Shown: positions 62,150 through 64,000 of the stretch, piece by piece
Layout of the letters: the number at the start of each line of letters is the position of its first letter
Numbering within the stretch: position 1 is the first letter of the stretch
NCBI GenBank assembly: GCA_965214935.1
Contig: CBDCCS010000010.1
Coordinates: 192,001-256,000 of the forward strand
DNA: 64,000 nucleotides
Source: Candidatus Velthaea sp.
Lineage (GTDB): Bacteria > Vulcanimicrobiota > Vulcanimicrobiia > Vulcanimicrobiales > Vulcanimicrobiaceae
Direction of reading: 5' to 3'
Program-made: the position numbers and the translations under genes
Notes under the pieces: model-generated
What the model was told of the DNA's origin: nothing
Database searches by the model: none
Seen by the model: the letters and a program-made list of their open reading frames with translations, nothing else

Positions 62150-62556
62150 GCTGCTGTTCGCCCCACGACCGGCCGACGATGACCTTCGATTGGGGCGCGA
62201 TCAAATGGTTCGTGACGCCCGACCGCGAGCACGCCGCGATGACGTTCGGCGAAGTCATCTTGCTGCCCGGCAAAGGCCACGCGCGTCACAATCATCCGAC
62301 CTCCGAGGAGATTTTGTACGTGCTGTCCGGCGAAGGCGAACAAATGGTCGAAGACGCTGCACCGTTCGCAATTAAACCGGGCGACACGATCTATATCCCG
62401 ACGGCCGCGTATCATTCGACGGTCAATACCGGCTGGGAACCGCTGCGGCTGCTGGCGACGTACAATCCGGCCGGCGCCGAAGACGCGCTGATCGGGTTGC
62501 CTGATTACCACGAACTCGCGCCCGGCGAACTCGTGCCGTGGGAACGCGTTCGCTGA
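62146..62556 (+). CDS. cupin domain protein
   Basis: [25 protein letters not shown]...YH. Confidence 0.9.
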   Translation: MSCCSPHDRPTMTFDWGAIKWFVTPDREHAAMTFGEVILLPGKGHARHNHPTSEEILYVLSGEGEQMVEDAAPFAIKPGDTIYIPTAAYHSTVNTGWEPLRLLATYNPAGAEDALIGLPDYHELAPGELVPWERVR

Positions 62557-62571
62557 AACGACTTTAGCACG

Positions 62572-63435
62572 ATGCTCAACGTACTAACGACGACACTCAA
62601 CGGCGTGACCCTCGGTTCGGTGTACTTTATGGTCGCCGTCGGTTTCACGTTGATTTTTGGTTTGATGCGGGTGGTCAACTTAGCGCACGGAACGCTCTAC
62701 GCGATCGGCGGCTACACGGCATGGGCGATCGCGGATGCAACCGGCAATTGGTGGCTGGGTGCAGCGATTGCCGCAATCGTCACGGGAATCTTCGGCTTTG
62801 CTTTACAGCAAGGTTTGTTGCGGCGAATCGCGGGTCAGGATTTGCGCGAAGCGCTGGTAACGATCGGCGTTTCGATCGTTGCCGCCGACTTGCTCTTGGC
62901 GTATTTCGGCGGTGACTTTAAGGACATTAGCGCGCCCGACGTGTTGTCGGGCGCATTCAATCTGCATGCCGGCGGCGTCATGTATCCAACGTTGCGGCTC
63001 TTCGCCCTCGCCGTTGCCCTCGCGGTCGGCGCGTTGCTTTGGTATATGCTGCGCCGCACGCGGATCGGCTTGGTGATCCGGGCGGGGATCGACGACCGGG
63101 CGATGGTTTCGGCGCTCGGCATCAACGTGCAGCGGTCGTTCGCGCTCGTGTTCGCACTGGGTGCTCTGCTGGCCGGGATCGGCGGCGTCATCGGCGGCAC
63201 GATCAACTCGATCGGACCCGGCGATGACGGCACGTATCTCTTGAATTCGCTCATCGTCGTCATCGTCGGCGGGATGGGCAGCATCGTCGGCACCGCGATC
63301 GGTGCGGTGGCAATCGGCTTAGTCGAACAATTCGGCTTGGCGTACGCGCCGACGTATTCATACCTCATGACATTCGCAGTCATGATCGTGGTTTTGGCAT
63401 TCCGACCGCAAGGGCTGCTCGGGCGCGCGGCATGA
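62572..63435 (+). CDS. branched-chain amino acid-type ABC permease (LivH-like)
   Basis: GFTLIFG, NLAHG, VIVGGMGS, RPQGL. Confidence 0.92.
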   Translation: MLNVLTTTLNGVTLGSVYFMVAVGFTLIFGLMRVVNLAHGTLYAIGGYTAWAIADATGNWWLGAAIAAIVTGIFGFALQQGLLRRIAGQDLREALVTIGVSIVAADLLLAYFGGDFKDISAPDVLSGAFNLHAGGVMYPTLRLFALAVALAVGALLWYMLRRTRIGLVIRAGIDDRAMVSALGINVQRSFALVFALGALLAGIGGVIGGTINSIGPGDDGTYLLNSLIVVIVGGMGSIVGTAIGAVAIGLVEQFGLAYAPTYSYLMTFAVMIVVLAFRPQGLLGRAA

Positions 63436-64000
63436 ACGGCAACCGGCGCGGCTTGATCGCCATCGCCGTCGCGGCGGTCGTGCTCGTTGCATTTCCGTTC
63501 GTCGCGACACCGTTCTTAACGGTGCAGATCGGGTTTCAGTCGTTATTTCTCGCAACGACGGCGCTGAGCCTTATTTTTCTCGCGCAATACGGCGGGATGG
63601 TGTCGTTGGCGCAGTTTGCGTTTTACGGCGTGAGCGGTTACACGCTCGCAGTGTTGACCGTCAGCTACGGTTGGCCGTGGTATGCCGGCGTCGCCGGCGG
63701 GCTCGCGCTCAGCACGCTCGTTGCGTTTCTGTTCGCATTCGTATCGATTCGCACGCAGGGCATTTACTTCTTGATGATCACGCTGGCGATGGCGATGCTG
63801 CTGTATTTCTACGCCGAACAAGACCGCGTTTTCACGAACGGCCACACGGGGATTAACGGTGTCGTTCCGCCGTTCGGACCGATCACCGCGCACCCCGTCG
63901 GCTACTATTTTCTCGCGTTGACAATCGCGGCGGCGGCCTACGGCGGACTGCGGTACTTAGTTCGCACGCCGTTTGGTCTCGCGCTGCAAGGCATTCGCGA
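63432..64000 (+). CDS. branched-chain amino acid-type ABC permease (LivM-like), 3'-partial
   Basis: ATGA overlap; GMVSLAQ, GIYFLMITLA, TPFG.ALQGIR; runs off the window end. Confidence 0.88.
   Translation, partial: MNGNRRGLIAIAVAAVVLVAFPFVATPFLTVQIGFQSLFLATTALSLIFLAQYGGMVSLAQFAFYGVSGYTLAVLTVSYGWPWYAGVAGGLALSTLVAFLFAFVSIRTQGIYFLMITLAMAMLLYFYAEQDRVFTNGHTGINGVVPPFGPITAHPVGYYFLALTIAAAAYGGLRYLVRTPFGLALQGIR

Overview
GC-rich bacterial chromosomal segment (roughly 60-65% GC by eye) that is mostly core genome. The Terrabacteria-like gene order (cdaA-cdaR-glmM, tig-clpP-clpX, DUF4446) combined with high GC would fit Ca. Eremiobacterota/Vulcanimicrobiota; this is inference only. Core content: glgP end, agmatinase, ilvA, ilvD-thrC-thrB, rsgA, rpsT, priA, msrB, tig-clpP-clpX, lepA, rdgB, deoC plus aldehyde dehydrogenase, 8 tRNA genes and the SRP RNA. 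Also present: two sugar ABC systems, a soluble PAS-PAS chemoreceptor, a Crp-GGDEF pair, a MacB-type ABC/M3 peptidase/SGNH operon and an EgtB-type sulfoxide synthase. Most notable: (1) a GntR-associated, apparently catabolic operon containing the UPF0261 + TIM-barrel (plant Tm-1-like) gene pair, with a visible promoter and paired operator candidates; (2) a c-di-AMP riboswitch-NlpC/P60 gene directly downstream of the c-di-AMP synthase operon; (3) a solo Cre-like recombinase preceded by an unannotated 29-aa hydrophobic ORF with a potentially sequestered RBS; (4) an AroB-like protein lacking its metal ligands, coupled to priA; (5) three genes that appear to start at CTG inside CTGA stop/start overlaps. 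No CRISPR array, rRNA, IS element or prophage was seen. All product calls come from motif recognition, not database searches.
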